Shown one piece after another: positions 12,595-25,269 of a stretch of DNA of 64,000 nt. This DNA comes from Eledone cirrhosa. Its lineage: Eukaryota. Every line of letters starts with the position of its first letter. Position 1 is the first letter of the stretch. A model generated the notes under the pieces. That model had not been told where the DNA came from. It was given only the letters and a program-made list of their open reading frames with translations, and searched no databases. The stretch lies in contig OZ024745.1 of assembly GCA_964016885.1 (NCBI GenBank), forward strand, positions 86,862,001-86,926,000, in the 5' to 3' direction. The translations under genes and the position numbers were made by a program.

Positions 12595-13726
12595 CCGAAT
12601 TAGTATGGTATAGACAAGTACATATGTTGTTGAGGTGTATAACCTTGTCAATACTCTGATATGCGCAGTTCCTGGTTGGGTTGTTATTTCACTGAGGAAC
12701 TGGAATCATATGAATTCAAACAAACGAATTTCAGTGTCAAAGGGCCTCTTCTCCTCTCATTGGTCAGTTGTTAGAACATTCCTCATTCAAAAGTCTATAG
12801 AAATTCGTTCTGAGGCAAGCCAATCTGCAGTTGTTGTTCTTATTATTGTTAGGTACATCTGACCTCAATTCTTGTGTTGGTAGTGTTGTTATTGTTGGAG
12901 TTAGCTAAAGAAAAATGAGGAAGTGGTAGAAAGAATAAGATGGTAAAGGAACAAAATAAAAAAAAATGTCAAACTTCCCATTGGTCAGCTTTGAGAGCAT
13001 TCCTCAATATATATATATTTATTTATTTACTCTTGGAGCAACAGATTCGAAAAAATTCCCGGTATAAGGTCAGCATTTCTTTGTTTATTTTTTATATATG
13101 AATATGGATTGTTCCTTATATCTCATTCTGTTATTTTGCCCGAGAAAATATCTGTGTGTGTCATCAAATGTTGTACACACATAGATATTTTTTCAATTTC
13201 CAATTGAGTTCTTAGCACGTGGCCTGAATTCCTTTCAGAATTCATTGTCAGGCGCATGTATTGTTTTTTTGGCGGTAAACTACTTCCTCATTTTTTGAAT
13301 CAGTTTGAGCATTTCTTTAAAACTGCTGGACTGGCAACCTGACAGATACCTCAGGCACAGAGGATGATGATTATCGCTAAATACTGATGTTGGTTAGATT
13401 ATCAATATTAGTATTATTTGGGCACCCACTGATGAATTATAGGAACCCACTTCAATATATATCTATTGATGGTATACAAGCTCCTACATAAATTGGTATA
13501 ATTTCACCCAAATTGTAGGAATCCTATAATGAAACGAGACGTCCGTCTGGGAAGAGATATATTAGATATGTCTCATATGAAATAATACAGCCAATTTTCC
13601 ACGCAATAGTTTTAGTTAGCACCCCGAACGTATAATTGGGAATATAATCACTTATTTCCTAATGTTTGTTGAGTGAGTTGGAATTTGGCCGGAGTATCGC
13701 TAAAAAGTTTTCTCCGATATTGTATT

Positions 13727-13819
<93 letters not shown>

Positions 13820-13824
<5 letters not shown>

Positions 13825-14228
13825 ACGTACATACATATATGTATACAGACGTACAGTAGTATGTTTATATATACATACATGCACACATATATATATGCAC
13901 GTATCGGTTTACCTAACATTTATTATAATGCCCGGTTTGTTTGTTTGTAAACAAACAAACAGCCCGAATTACGCCGTACAGTGTTTAGGCAACCACGCCA
14001 CCTTTTCGTTCAACACTGACACAGTTTACTAACAAACAAACCGAGCATTATAATAAATGTTCGGTAAACCGATACGTGCATATATATATATGTGTGCATG
14101 TATGTATATATATACATACTACTGTACGTCTGTATACATATATCTATGTACGTATACATACATACTTACATTTAAGTAAGTGCCGTACTAAGAGTGAGAA
14201 ATGAAATTTTGTTTCATTCTATTCCATT
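13820..14228. mobile_element. Diverged fold-back copy of the family A repeat, truncated before the HHR
   Basis: 13820-14025 is similar to the unit start, 14026-14228 is inverted, and both sides are (TA)n. Confidence 0.8.
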
Positions 14229-14530
14229 TATATATATATATATATATCATAAATCATGTCCTTAGAATTATTAGTTAAAATATATACCATTTCCTCTCCC
14301 AATTAGCATAATTAACCATATAAAAAAAATCAATTAGACCAGGCTATAAGAATAAAGGCTCCTATGAAGAAATATTTGATAAATAACCGAAAGCGGCCCC
14401 TTCGCGGTGACCTCAATAGAGTATTTACCCAACATTTCAACAGTATGTAGAAACTGACTAAATATACCGTCAACCATACACAATTAGGTGTAAATTTAAA
14501 CTTAGAAGAAACGTGTACATACCGTAATTA

Positions 14531-14602
14531 CATCTCTACCATGGTTTCGTCCGTATTTTTAGATATCCTATTGTTAGGATGAATCTAGAGTAACAGGAGA
14601 CA
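14531..14602 (-). ncRNA. Decayed hammerhead remnant
   Basis: TGTCTC CTG(TTA..) ...GGAC GAAA CCATGG TA GAGATG; stems I and III are present but the CUGANGA box is broken. Confidence 0.4.
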
Positions 14603-14867
14603 AACTCAAGTTGGACTGTTAATTTTCCAAAGCGATCGCGCCAAAAATAGATTCAAAAATGGCTAAGAATCGTGACGTGGTAGTGGTCAAGTTAGAAAGA
14701 ATGTGATTAGTTGCTTACGGCGGGTAGGCTGGTTGCTAGAAAGCGCAGCCCAATATCGCCCAATTGTATCTCAACCCAACGAGAGATTATTAAATATAAA
14801 GATTTACATATACATAAAGTCACAGATATATATGTGGCAACCGGTCACGTTGTGGCTCAATGAAGAA

Positions 14868-14931
<64 letters not shown>

Positions 14932-15009
14932 TACATATAAAATATGATGTTTGCACTCACTAATGTATTGAGTACCTTTTTAACTGTAATTACCCCCTAT
15001 TATATCAGG

Positions 15010-15104
<95 letters not shown>

Positions 15105-15469
15105 AATGTAGATAGATGGATAGAAAAAAGAAAGAAAGAAGGACAGAAAGAGATTTATACAATTATAAGCATAAACGCTTATACATGACAAAAGATTGAC
15201 ATGGTGGCTCAATACATGGGATAGAATTAATTGAATGACATTAGTGTTTCGCCAATGCTGGCGGACTATCTAGCGAAAACATTATGTGGGACAATTTCCA
15301 GAAACGAAATCTTTCAGCCTAGGGACATGGTGGGAGGTAGTAAAATTATGTTCTTTTTTATCTGAAAAGTTTGAAATGCAGAGGAGTGCGGGACAGTCAT
15401 AGGCAAACTGCGGCCTGTTTGGCTTTCTAAATGGCATGCATAATTTCAAAATTACCTTGAAACGTTTTA

Positions 15470-15540
15470 GTTTTGCGGCCCACCTTATGATGAGCCACAT
15501 CCTATGCGGCCGACTGCTAGAAAATGGTTGCGCATGCCTG
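15470..15540. mobile_element. Possible hAT/Charlie-type DNA transposon terminus
   Basis: TGCGGCC...AAAATGGTTGCGCATGCCTG followed by GCTTAGA resembles a Charlie-like TIR and target site; no partner TIR was found. Confidence 0.4.
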
Positions 15541-16145
15541 GCTTAGAAGGTGTTAAAATTGTTCAGTAAACTTTGGATTGTTTGGGGGAAAAAGAGTACT
15601 AAATAAAATGAAATCAAATTTTGATTGGGAACACATGGGATTTTGTGTATTACCGGATGACGGTGATGTAGGTCATATGGGGGGGGGGGGGGGGGGGCTA
15701 AATATAGGATGGGAAATAAAATAAATATCAAGATTTATATTTACTTTAAAAAGGGGAGTATTTAAAGAGGAAGGGGCGGAGTTTATGTTGATGATGTTTA
15801 GAAAATGGGTGAAATTAGGAGTAGCTATATATATTTGTGTTGTGCGTGTGTGCGTGTGGGTGTACGATGTGTACAGATCTTAAAATATATAAACAAGTTG
15901 TGTTATTATTGGCTGAAGGGATAATTGTTTCTGGAGAGGTAAACAATATAAACAAAAATGTAATAAATGTTCAAAATAAAACGAAGTATGAAAAATGACA
16001 AGAAATAACAAAAATGAATTAAATTGAGAAAATAAAAAATTGGGAAAATCTAATTAAATTGAAGATACAAATCATGTGTATGCATACATATTACGTGTAA
16101 ACATATAGAGATAAATGCATAGAATACATATATAAAGGAACATTG

Positions 16146-16263
16146 TAGTATAAATATATCAAGCTAAAAATATCGGTTCTCGTCCGATCACCGATATTAA
16201 GCAACGTCAAGCCTAGTTAGTTCTTAGATGGGTGACATCTTGGGAAACCTAGTTGCTACAAGT
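16146..16263 (+). pseudogene. Degenerate 5S rRNA copy
   Basis: CGGTTCTCGTCCGATCACCGA(T)ATTAAGCAACGTC..GCC..GTTAGT.CTT.GATGGGTGAC...TGGGAA matches metazoan 5S rRNA with many substitutions. Confidence 0.85.
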
Positions 16264-17173
16264 AACATTTAAATGTCGGTGCACCAATCGGCTGGAATAC
16301 GTAATAGAGTAACAGAGTAAAATACAAATATATAAAACAATCTACATTAATTTGAAAGCATAGTAACACAGATATGCAGTAACCAACTATACGTACAGAT
16401 ATATGGAAGCTTGTGGTTATTAATGGTAGCAGTAGGTTTTAAGATTGTATATGTATAGGAAACAGTTATCAAATAATAAATTCCATCAGTTTGTAATATT
16501 TTAAATTTCAGTATATCCAGTGTTTGCAGGAATGTCTCTTAAGTGATCAGACTGCATGATCAGATAGCATTCGTGGAACTTTTTTAACAGTCTACTAAGA
16601 TATTAATATATTATAATTCTTGTTAGAAATGCACAAATATACATACACGAATAAAATGTAAATACGCAGATAAATACATATAATACAAATAATATATATA
16701 CTCATGTATATTTCCATAGATATGCATATAGATATATATATACATAGATAAATATACGCATGTACAAATACACATGTACAAATATAAAAAGGACATGCTA
16801 CTATAAAAATAAATCTACTATACGTAACATTCAAATATAAAATCAACATCCATTAACAAAAGGATAATATAAATAAAAAATTGCAAGGTGTAGGCGCAGT
16901 GAACAGACAATATGTAGTGTTGAATGGTAACAGTATTTTATGATATTAAAATTTGGCACGAAGTATAGAGTTAAATCGAATTTTAGTCATGTATGGACTA
17001 TTTCACCAGAGAACGTTTTGATTCATGTGGACAGCGATTGAAAACAAAATCCATTCGTGTATTTAGACAGTTCTTTTTAGAAGAAAGTTGTGTAAGTATA
17101 TTTCACTTCTCAGCGGTACATAAATAACAAGATTTCGCTCCGTTAATGCATGGTTGATTGTTTCAGTAGCCTC

Positions 17174-17263
<90 letters not shown>

Positions 17264-17269
17264 CACACG

Positions 17270-17349
<80 letters not shown>

Positions 17350-17350
<1 letters not shown>

Positions 17351-17535
17351 GTAACGAAGGAGTTGTGGTAAGGAACCAGATGGACCATAACACACCAGAG
17401 TACGCAAGGGTAGTAGAGTGGGTAATAGGAAAATGTATGACCCCGACGGCGGAGCTCAAGCCGTTTCGACGGCTATTTCAGTCCAGAAATAGCCGTCGAA
17501 ACGGCTTGCGCTCTGCCGTCGGGGTCATACATTTT

Positions 17536-17540
<5 letters not shown>
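17350..17540. mobile_element. Fold-back element with the 3' half of an HHR (family H)
   Basis: 55-bp arms at 17425-17479 and 17486-17540; GAAA CGGC-loop-GCCG TC GGGGTC; homologous to 58352-58500; flanked by (TA)n. Confidence 0.7.
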
Positions 17541-17612
<72 letters not shown>

Positions 17613-18075
17613 GAAAACAGGGAGAAAAAGACGATTATTAGGAAGAAAAATATTTTTTTTTCCCTTTTTATTTCTTTCTCTCTTTTTTTCTGGATTAGAA
17701 AATGATTAAAACGAAATATTTTACTTTGTGCGAAGTGTTAAGATATTAGTTGATTTATTTATTAATTAACAATGGCATTTATTTATTTATATATTTAATA
17801 ATTGTCTATTACCGGTTTCACCATTTTTATGCATTATCTAATGATAATAATATGTATTGGTGTAAAATTGTGGTGTTGGACATGTTAAAGAAATGGTGCA
17901 GAAAGAATAATATTATTTACAAACAAGGTTTATGAAGTGAAAAAAAAAAAAAAAGGGAAGTAATGCGGAGCATAAAAAGGCATTTAATTTATATTTATAT
18001 GTGAATGTTATGTATATGTATATATATATGTTTATATACATGTATATGTATATATATATATGTATGTATATATGT

Positions 18076-18790
<715 letters not shown>

Positions 18791-19130
18791 TATATATATA
18801 ATTGATTGGTAAGTATTTAAGAAAGCCGGTACAATGCAGTAAAACTATATAAAGAACAAAGGATGACAAATAAAACAAAACAAAATAATGTTTGTTTTTT
18901 ACCCAGTATATTTCCACATAGTATTTCAGGGTTAATGCCCTCTTTTCAAATGCAAAACAAAAAGAAAAACAATATGTTCTTCCTTAATAAATCCAAATGT
19001 CTGGATCGTACATACGTGCAGCTGTCATAGAAGCTATTCTGTTTCATAGAAGCTATTCTCGTTCTATTTTTTTGTTTGTAGGTTCTGGTTAAAGCGGATA
19101 TATTACCATGAACGCTGCTGTACACACACG

Positions 19131-19270
19131 AATTATTTAATATGGAAATGGCTTCTAGAGGACTAGAACTGTTTCCTTCGTATGAAATCACCAGGCCACG
19201 AATGCCCTGATGATTTCATACGAATGAAACAGTTCTAGTCCCGTAGAAACCATTTCTATATTAAATAATT
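19131..19270. repeat. Palindrome of two head-to-head hammerhead cores (family F)
   Basis: + arm: CTGATGA TTTCATACGAAT GAAA CAG-TTCTAGTC-CCG TA GAAACC. - arm: CTGGTGA TTTCATACGAAG GAAA CAG..CTC TA GAAGCC. Both lack the 5' strand of stem I. Confidence 0.75.
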
Positions 19271-19445
19271 GGCACAAGGCCAGCAATTACCTCAGTGCAT
19301 TACTGGTACTTTATTTTATCGACCCCGTAGGGATGAAAGGCAAAGTTAACCTCGGCGAGATTTGAACTCAGAACGTAAAGGGCCGTAACTCCATACTGAA
19401 AAGTATGGTGTCCGACCCTTTACCGATACTGCCAATCCACCGCTC
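19270..19445 (-). mobile_element. tRNA-derived SINE with TSD TTTCTATATTAAATA
   Basis: Same family as 54663-54844; a 15-bp direct repeat flanks it. Confidence 0.9.
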
Positions 19446-19529
19446 TTTCTATATTAAATAGTGATGTTACCACTCTACTAATGTAGTGAGTACCTTATTA
19501 ACCGTGGCTACCCTGATTTAACTCGGAAT

Positions 19530-19567
<38 letters not shown>

Positions 19568-19590
19568 ACACACACCCACACACACATACG

Positions 19591-19632
<42 letters not shown>

Positions 19633-20171
19633 AACATACCACTGTTTGTTGCAGAATAAGCAGAAATAAACAGACATACACACGCACACACAAACACAAA
19701 CACAAACACACACACATATATATATATGCAAAAAGCGGGAGAAGGAAAATTAAAAACAGTGATAAACAATCAGTTATGTAAGAAACATATATATCTAGAC
19801 AAACATATATTTCTGTCTCTCAATATGTCTATATTTAAACTCAACACTATAATAACCCTACACAGCATCTTTATCAAGGAAGAAATGTCAAATTAGTATA
19901 TTTGTATTATTGGTGTTGTCGTCCTGTAACAGCAGGTGTTCGTCTAGTAAGTAGACCTACCATCACAGACGTTCCAGCTGTGACCATCCCATATTTTGTA
20001 TAATAGGACAACAGAGTACAGTATCATGAAGACAGTAATGGTGCAATTTGAAGGATGTTCTATGGCTATTTATACCTATGCAGCCTCCACATGGAAACTG
20101 CTTCAGTGTCTGAAGAGTGCGTGTCTGTGTGCGAGTGTCTGTGTCGGCGTGTGTTTGCACATATAAGCTCG

Positions 20172-20258
20172 TATATCTGATGAGATATCGAAAACCAGTT
20201 GGGTCCCGTCACCTTGATTGTACCTTGAGCTGAGCAACATCGAAACAATTGTAATATG
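20172..20258 (+). ncRNA. Hammerhead ribozyme with long stem II (family G)
   Basis: TATAT CTGATGA GAT..(~52 nt)..ATC GAAA CAATTG TA ATATG, then AATAAA. Confidence 0.72.
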
Positions 20259-20616
20259 TTAATAAAGTTTGTACATATGCTGCAACACTGACTTCGACTC
20301 TATTAAATCTATTTACACTACAGCCGTAACTCTGGAATACAACCCAAACGAAACGAACCTCGTAACAGTATTGAGAGCTTCGAACGGCGCGCCACCCGTA
20401 ACTATCGTTACACACTCAACTAACATTATCTTCAAACATACATGCATACAACCTTTTTAATGGAAAACCACACCACTGTAGATTTCAATTCTTTTATCAA
20501 CAACTTATAAAGTATGAGAACTAAATCGAAGACATGAACTGTGAAGAAATGTCAGGACAAACATTAATAGAGAATGCTTGTGTGTTGAAATGAAAAGAAA
20601 GGAGGTTATTTTTTAC

Positions 20617-20787
20617 CTTTTTCTCCTGTTGTCTAGTTTTCTGAAGCACACTTTGTAACCATGTGAATTGTCCGTTTGGATCAGGATTTTCATGTGGTTT
20701 GATTAGTTTGTTTCGATTATAATAGAGGAGAGTATTGAGACTCACAATATAAAGGTCAGGAATTTTAGTTGCCGTTCTCTGAAAATG
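20617..20787 (-). CDS. SMPDL3: SMPDL3-like coding exon 4 (frameshifted)
   Basis: tttaacag|(T)FSENGN* then, in another frame, KIPDLYIVSLNTLLYYNRNKLIKPHENPDPNGQFTWLQSVLQKTRQQEKK|gtaaaa. Confidence 0.8.
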
Positions 20788-21369
20788 CTGTTAAAGAAAT
20801 AATCGTATTTCTAAAAAAGAATTATATTACCTAAAGGAAAAATACTTCTTTTCGTGTGAAATAACTATTAACATAAAGAAATTGCTAAAAATATGTTAAA
20901 TATGATGTTCAAAATGGCGAAAAAAACAAACAATTAAATACTAAACCCCTTTCGGCATGATTAGATGTTGTATTTTAAATATTTAAGAAACTCAATTTTC
21001 AGTTCAAATTCTGTTAAGATGTCATTGGTTCTCTGATGCATTACTAAGACAATGTGTATATCAGTAATACATATAGTATATACAATTAATAAACCTTTTA
21101 TCTTACTATGTCTTCTCCTACTACATATCATATTTGTGTTACAGCCAAAGAAATAAATGTGAAATAACTACATAATGTATTAAATATCCCAGACTGTCAA
21201 TCTCATCTTATTCTTTTACTCTTTTATGAGTTCCAGACAGTTGGACAGTTGCCATGCCTACATCTTAGATAATTTTTGTTTACACTACTTTCAATCAAGT
21301 TATACGACTGTTTTCAGACCTATTTCTTCAAATAAACCATTTACACCCGGTTAGATTTATCATATAGAT

Positions 21370-21660
21370 TCACAATGACCGAATGGTTAAGAAGTTTGTT
21401 TCACAATGATGAGTTTCCGGGTTTGGTCCCTTTGCTCCTTGCATGGCATCTTGAGCAAGAAACGATTACAATAGTCTCTGGTCAACCCAAGCCTTCGTAG
21501 GGGAATTAGATCATAAACGGAAATTATTTGGAAGCCAGCCGGATGGACTGCATCTGTATTTCAAAGGGATATCCTTGTCACACAATATGTCACGTTTAAT
21601 CCCTTCGAGAATTATGTGAAGGGTACAGGTGAAATACTCAGCTATTTGAACGAGCATGCC
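21370..21660 (+). mobile_element. Old tRNA-derived SINE (second family)
   Basis: Degenerate A box (TGACCGAATGG) and B-box-like region, then GCATCTTGAGCAAG...AAACGGAAA...GGAAGCC body. Confidence 0.55.
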
Positions 21661-22149
21661 ATTCCTCTGAGTGAATAATTAGGAAATTCAATGTCAAAAC
21701 TCACGACGAATATTGGCTGAGCGTGAGGCTGTAGCGTAGAGTTAAAACAATATAAAATTTAAAGTAAATATACGTAATTAGTCCAGGGAATTTAAACTAT
21801 TGCTGCAGAATCTCATCTCAGACATTCACACATATAACTGTATAACTATATAACTGTATATATAAAAACAATATTATTATGTGTCTCAGAGGTTAAAACT
21901 ATCACTAGAAGGCTTTAATACCACTTGATATGATATTATTCAAACACTTCGTTAAAAAATAACTCTATCGTCTAGAAATTCAGTTTGGGACTCAATCTAT
22001 TTTTCTCTAGGATTGTTAGAAGTTTGATTTATTATCTAAAAGTTTCAGTGTATAATCTGGGGATCTGAATAGTGACTGAATTATATTTCAGTAACTGAAT
22101 TTATCCAATGCAGATATTGCCATAGCTTAATCTAACATCGTTAAATATC

Positions 22150-22285
22150 TGCTTCTACTTTTGGCACAAGGCCAGCAATTATCCAGTACGTTACTGGTAC
22201 TTTATTTTATCGACCTCGTAAGTATGAATGGCAAAGTTAACCTCGGCGGGATTTGAACTCACCGAGGTTAACTTTGCCTTTCATA
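22150..22285 (-). mobile_element. 5'-truncated SINE with a short 5' inversion
   Basis: SINE body to GATTTGAACTC, then an inverted CCGAGGTTAACTTTGCCTTTCAT. Confidence 0.8.
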
Positions 22286-23619
22286 ACGTTAAGTATTAGT
22301 TGATGCCAAGAAATTATAGTTATGAAAGTGAATGAGAAGTTTACAGTTTCTGAAATGGATCACTGCCAAGTGGCCCTAACTTTTTATGAACCCTACGATT
22401 AGGCATACTTTTCTTCTTTTCGTTCCTATCGACTTGGAACAGGTCCCAATTTGTTAATGGGATGAAAGTATTGTTGATTGAATCTGTTATTATATGATAC
22501 TGATGGTGTGACCTCTCATTCGATCTGCAAGAAATAGCAACGATATCTCTCTAAGTCACGGGTTTAATTGAACGAGGAAATTTCAGATCTCAAAAATACA
22601 TCACCACGAGGTGGGGTGGTTGTTGTAGCGGGTATTGCTGGCCATTGTTCGCGGAAATGTCTTTGCCATTCTGTTCGTGGGGTGCAGCCGAAACACCACT
22701 CTGCCCTAGGTGAAGAATGTATCACCCTCTCCCCTTCGTCCTTTCTTTCTTCTTTTGTCTAATAGACCTTTCCCTTCTACTTTTCCTCTCATTTATGGCA
22801 TTTATATTCCTTTCTAATATTGCTTCACAAATATTTGTAAAACGTTGTATATGAATTGACTTAATTTCGTGAGGCTGAGAGATTACCGACTGAGAGATTA
22901 CCTTCTGGCACACTGTATTGAAATAACAGCTAAAAGCTTTTGAGTTCAAATTATATGTGTGGTGAAAAATAGTTGCTGACACTTCTAAAGACAATTACTA
23001 GCAATAAATTAATATTCTAATATAAATATAGCATCTATTCACAGAACATGATGGAAATCAGAATTAATTTGTAACTTGATGTTCGTGAAAGAATTAGTAA
23101 ATAAACCCATCAGATACCTCTAATATGGGCAACTAATAGTTAATAGGGTGATAATCCCTATCCACAATGGCGACACAGAGGCTTGCACGCAAAATATAAA
23201 AACATTCGACTGAAAGGAAATTTATAGAATCCAATTGAATTGGAGATTTTAACTTAGCAAATCGAAAGAAGAAAAGCGTAGGGACGGAAAAAGAAGAGCT
23301 TTGTTGGAGAAAACTTGCACTTGATACAAAAGCAGACTATTTCTAATCAATAAAAAACACCTCAAGAAAGAGTAGTTGCAAGAAACATTGTCCTTCTCAA
23401 ACTCGTCTCATCGATCACAAACGTACGTTCAAGAAATATCAGTGCTACGTAAGTTCATACAATTGAAGTCGATCACAATTGAAGATTGCTATCTTTCTAT
23501 GGATTTAGTGTAACCTTTTTGTTGTAGTGGTCGACATCGTTTTTTCTGTGTTGTTCTTGTCATCGTCGCCGTCATTGTTGTTGTTGTTGTGATTTTGTTG
23601 TTGTTGTTTTTATCATTGT

Positions 23620-23830
23620 TTTCCTTTAACCCCGAGTAAGCTGTGATCGAACAGACATACCTATGATCAAAGACGTATCAGTAGTGACGATTCAAACTTT
23701 TATCCAGGCAAAATATATTTAGAACTACATGACCCATCGATTACTTCCATTTTTAAACATTAGGGTTCTATTTGAGAAACATTTAGCTGCTATTTTTAGC
23801 GGGGTGAATGATCTTGTAGTCCCCTCCCTG
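23620..23830 (+). mobile_element. Old dispersed repeat (related copies near 19950-20060, 22500-22560, 25200)
   Basis: Shared GATCGA.CAGAC..CTATGATCAAAGAC and TTTGAG..A.ATTTAGCTGCTATTT.TAGC.GG motifs. Confidence 0.55.
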
Positions 23831-23983
23831 TTGATTACTTTATCATTTCTTTATCTAAATGTGTGTGTTTATCTACGGTACTCAGAGAGTTGTTCATGTC
23901 TCAACTTTTAGATATCCATAACTATGTACCCCCCCCCACCATACACACGTGTGTGTGTGTATATGTGCATGCATGTATGCATG

Positions 23984-24017
<34 letters not shown>

Positions 24018-24064
24018 TGTATGTATGTATGTATGTATGTATGTATGTATGTATGTATGTATAT

Positions 24065-24910
24065 ATGATGACCCCTTAGCCTTTGTCAAGGCAGAATTCT
24101 AGGAGAAGGAAAACTCTGATATAACACCTGCAACCCTGATGGTATCCAATGAGGTTGACTTGTTCTTCTTTTTGGTAAATATCATCTTGGTTAAGAGAGT
24201 GGGACTGGCTTTGTGCAGTGCCTTTGCTCACTATAAAAGCTTCACGGCACAGGCATTGCTTTATATCTGGAGATCTCTCTGCACTTGTCGTCACATGGTA
24301 CCATGGGCCCGGCACTATGTGTCAATAATTGTCACAAGTGTAGTGTTTGTACCAGAGTATTCAAGTCGCTGGCTGGACTAAAAAGTCACACTCGTTCAGC
24401 GCATCGGTAGGGGTTCTCCTACATGGATATAACGTAGTGGCCGTACTCGAAAACGAGTTGGCAGCCACCATGTATATATATATCTATGTCGAGTCACTCT
24501 TGAGTGCTACTGGTAACATGTAAAGCAGTACAACCTGTCGCATGGTCGGGCCGTCGGCAGCTAAACCGGCAACCCCACCAAGTTTAGAAGGTGATTTTGG
24601 ACACCCCGCAGGACAAAAAACAAAATCTGACAAAGGGCGGAAGAACTCATAAGAGTCAACGGCCATCCAAAAGTGTGTATATTCACATGTATATTCACAT
24701 GTACCGCGCGGTTAAATCATTGGGAGTGAAGGACCCCTAGCCTTTGTCAGGGCATTCTTCTAGGAGAAGGCAACTCAGGAAACTGGGATAACTCCAATAT
24801 AAAACCTGCGGCTCAGTAGTTACTCATGATGTTGATCTTTTATTCTTTTCGGGTTATAACTACTGTCACTAAGAGAGTGGGATTGGCTCAGTGTAGAGTC
24901 TTTCCTCACT
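24065..24910 (+). mobile_element. Two diverged copies of a motif resembling RTE-LINE 5' UTRs
   Basis: ACCCC.TAGCCTTTGTCA.GGCA..TTCTAGGAGAAGG.AAACTC...TAAGAGAGTGGGA.TGGCT..GTG.AG occurs near 24070 and 24732; the RTE assignment is from recall. Confidence 0.45.
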
Positions 24911-25269
24911 TTCCATCTACAGGCAAAACTATATAGTTTTTTGCCTGTTTCAAATTCTAGCAGAGAGCAGGGGAAGCATTATACTGATGATGGCCCGAGC
25001 CTGAAATGTACATTGAAAGTTGTCCCCCGCTGCTTTTGCTGGAATCCAATAGAAGGTGCTAGACATTTCAATATTCATAGCTAGACGACTTTCCAAATGT
25101 TTATTTATTAAACATACCATATATCTTTAGAAATACGAAATCCACATACTTGTATTTATTTTGTATTGTTATAAGTATTATTGTTGTTATTATTCTGTCT
25201 CAGGTTAGCCTCGATGGAGCAGACTTAAAATTCAATGTTTTAGCCAGCTCATCTCACCATTTATTTTGA

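Noticed and set aside
24488-24780. Structured GC-richer stretch as a 5' ribozyme of an RTE element
   Set aside because: Local complementarity exists, but no known ribozyme fold could be assigned by eye.
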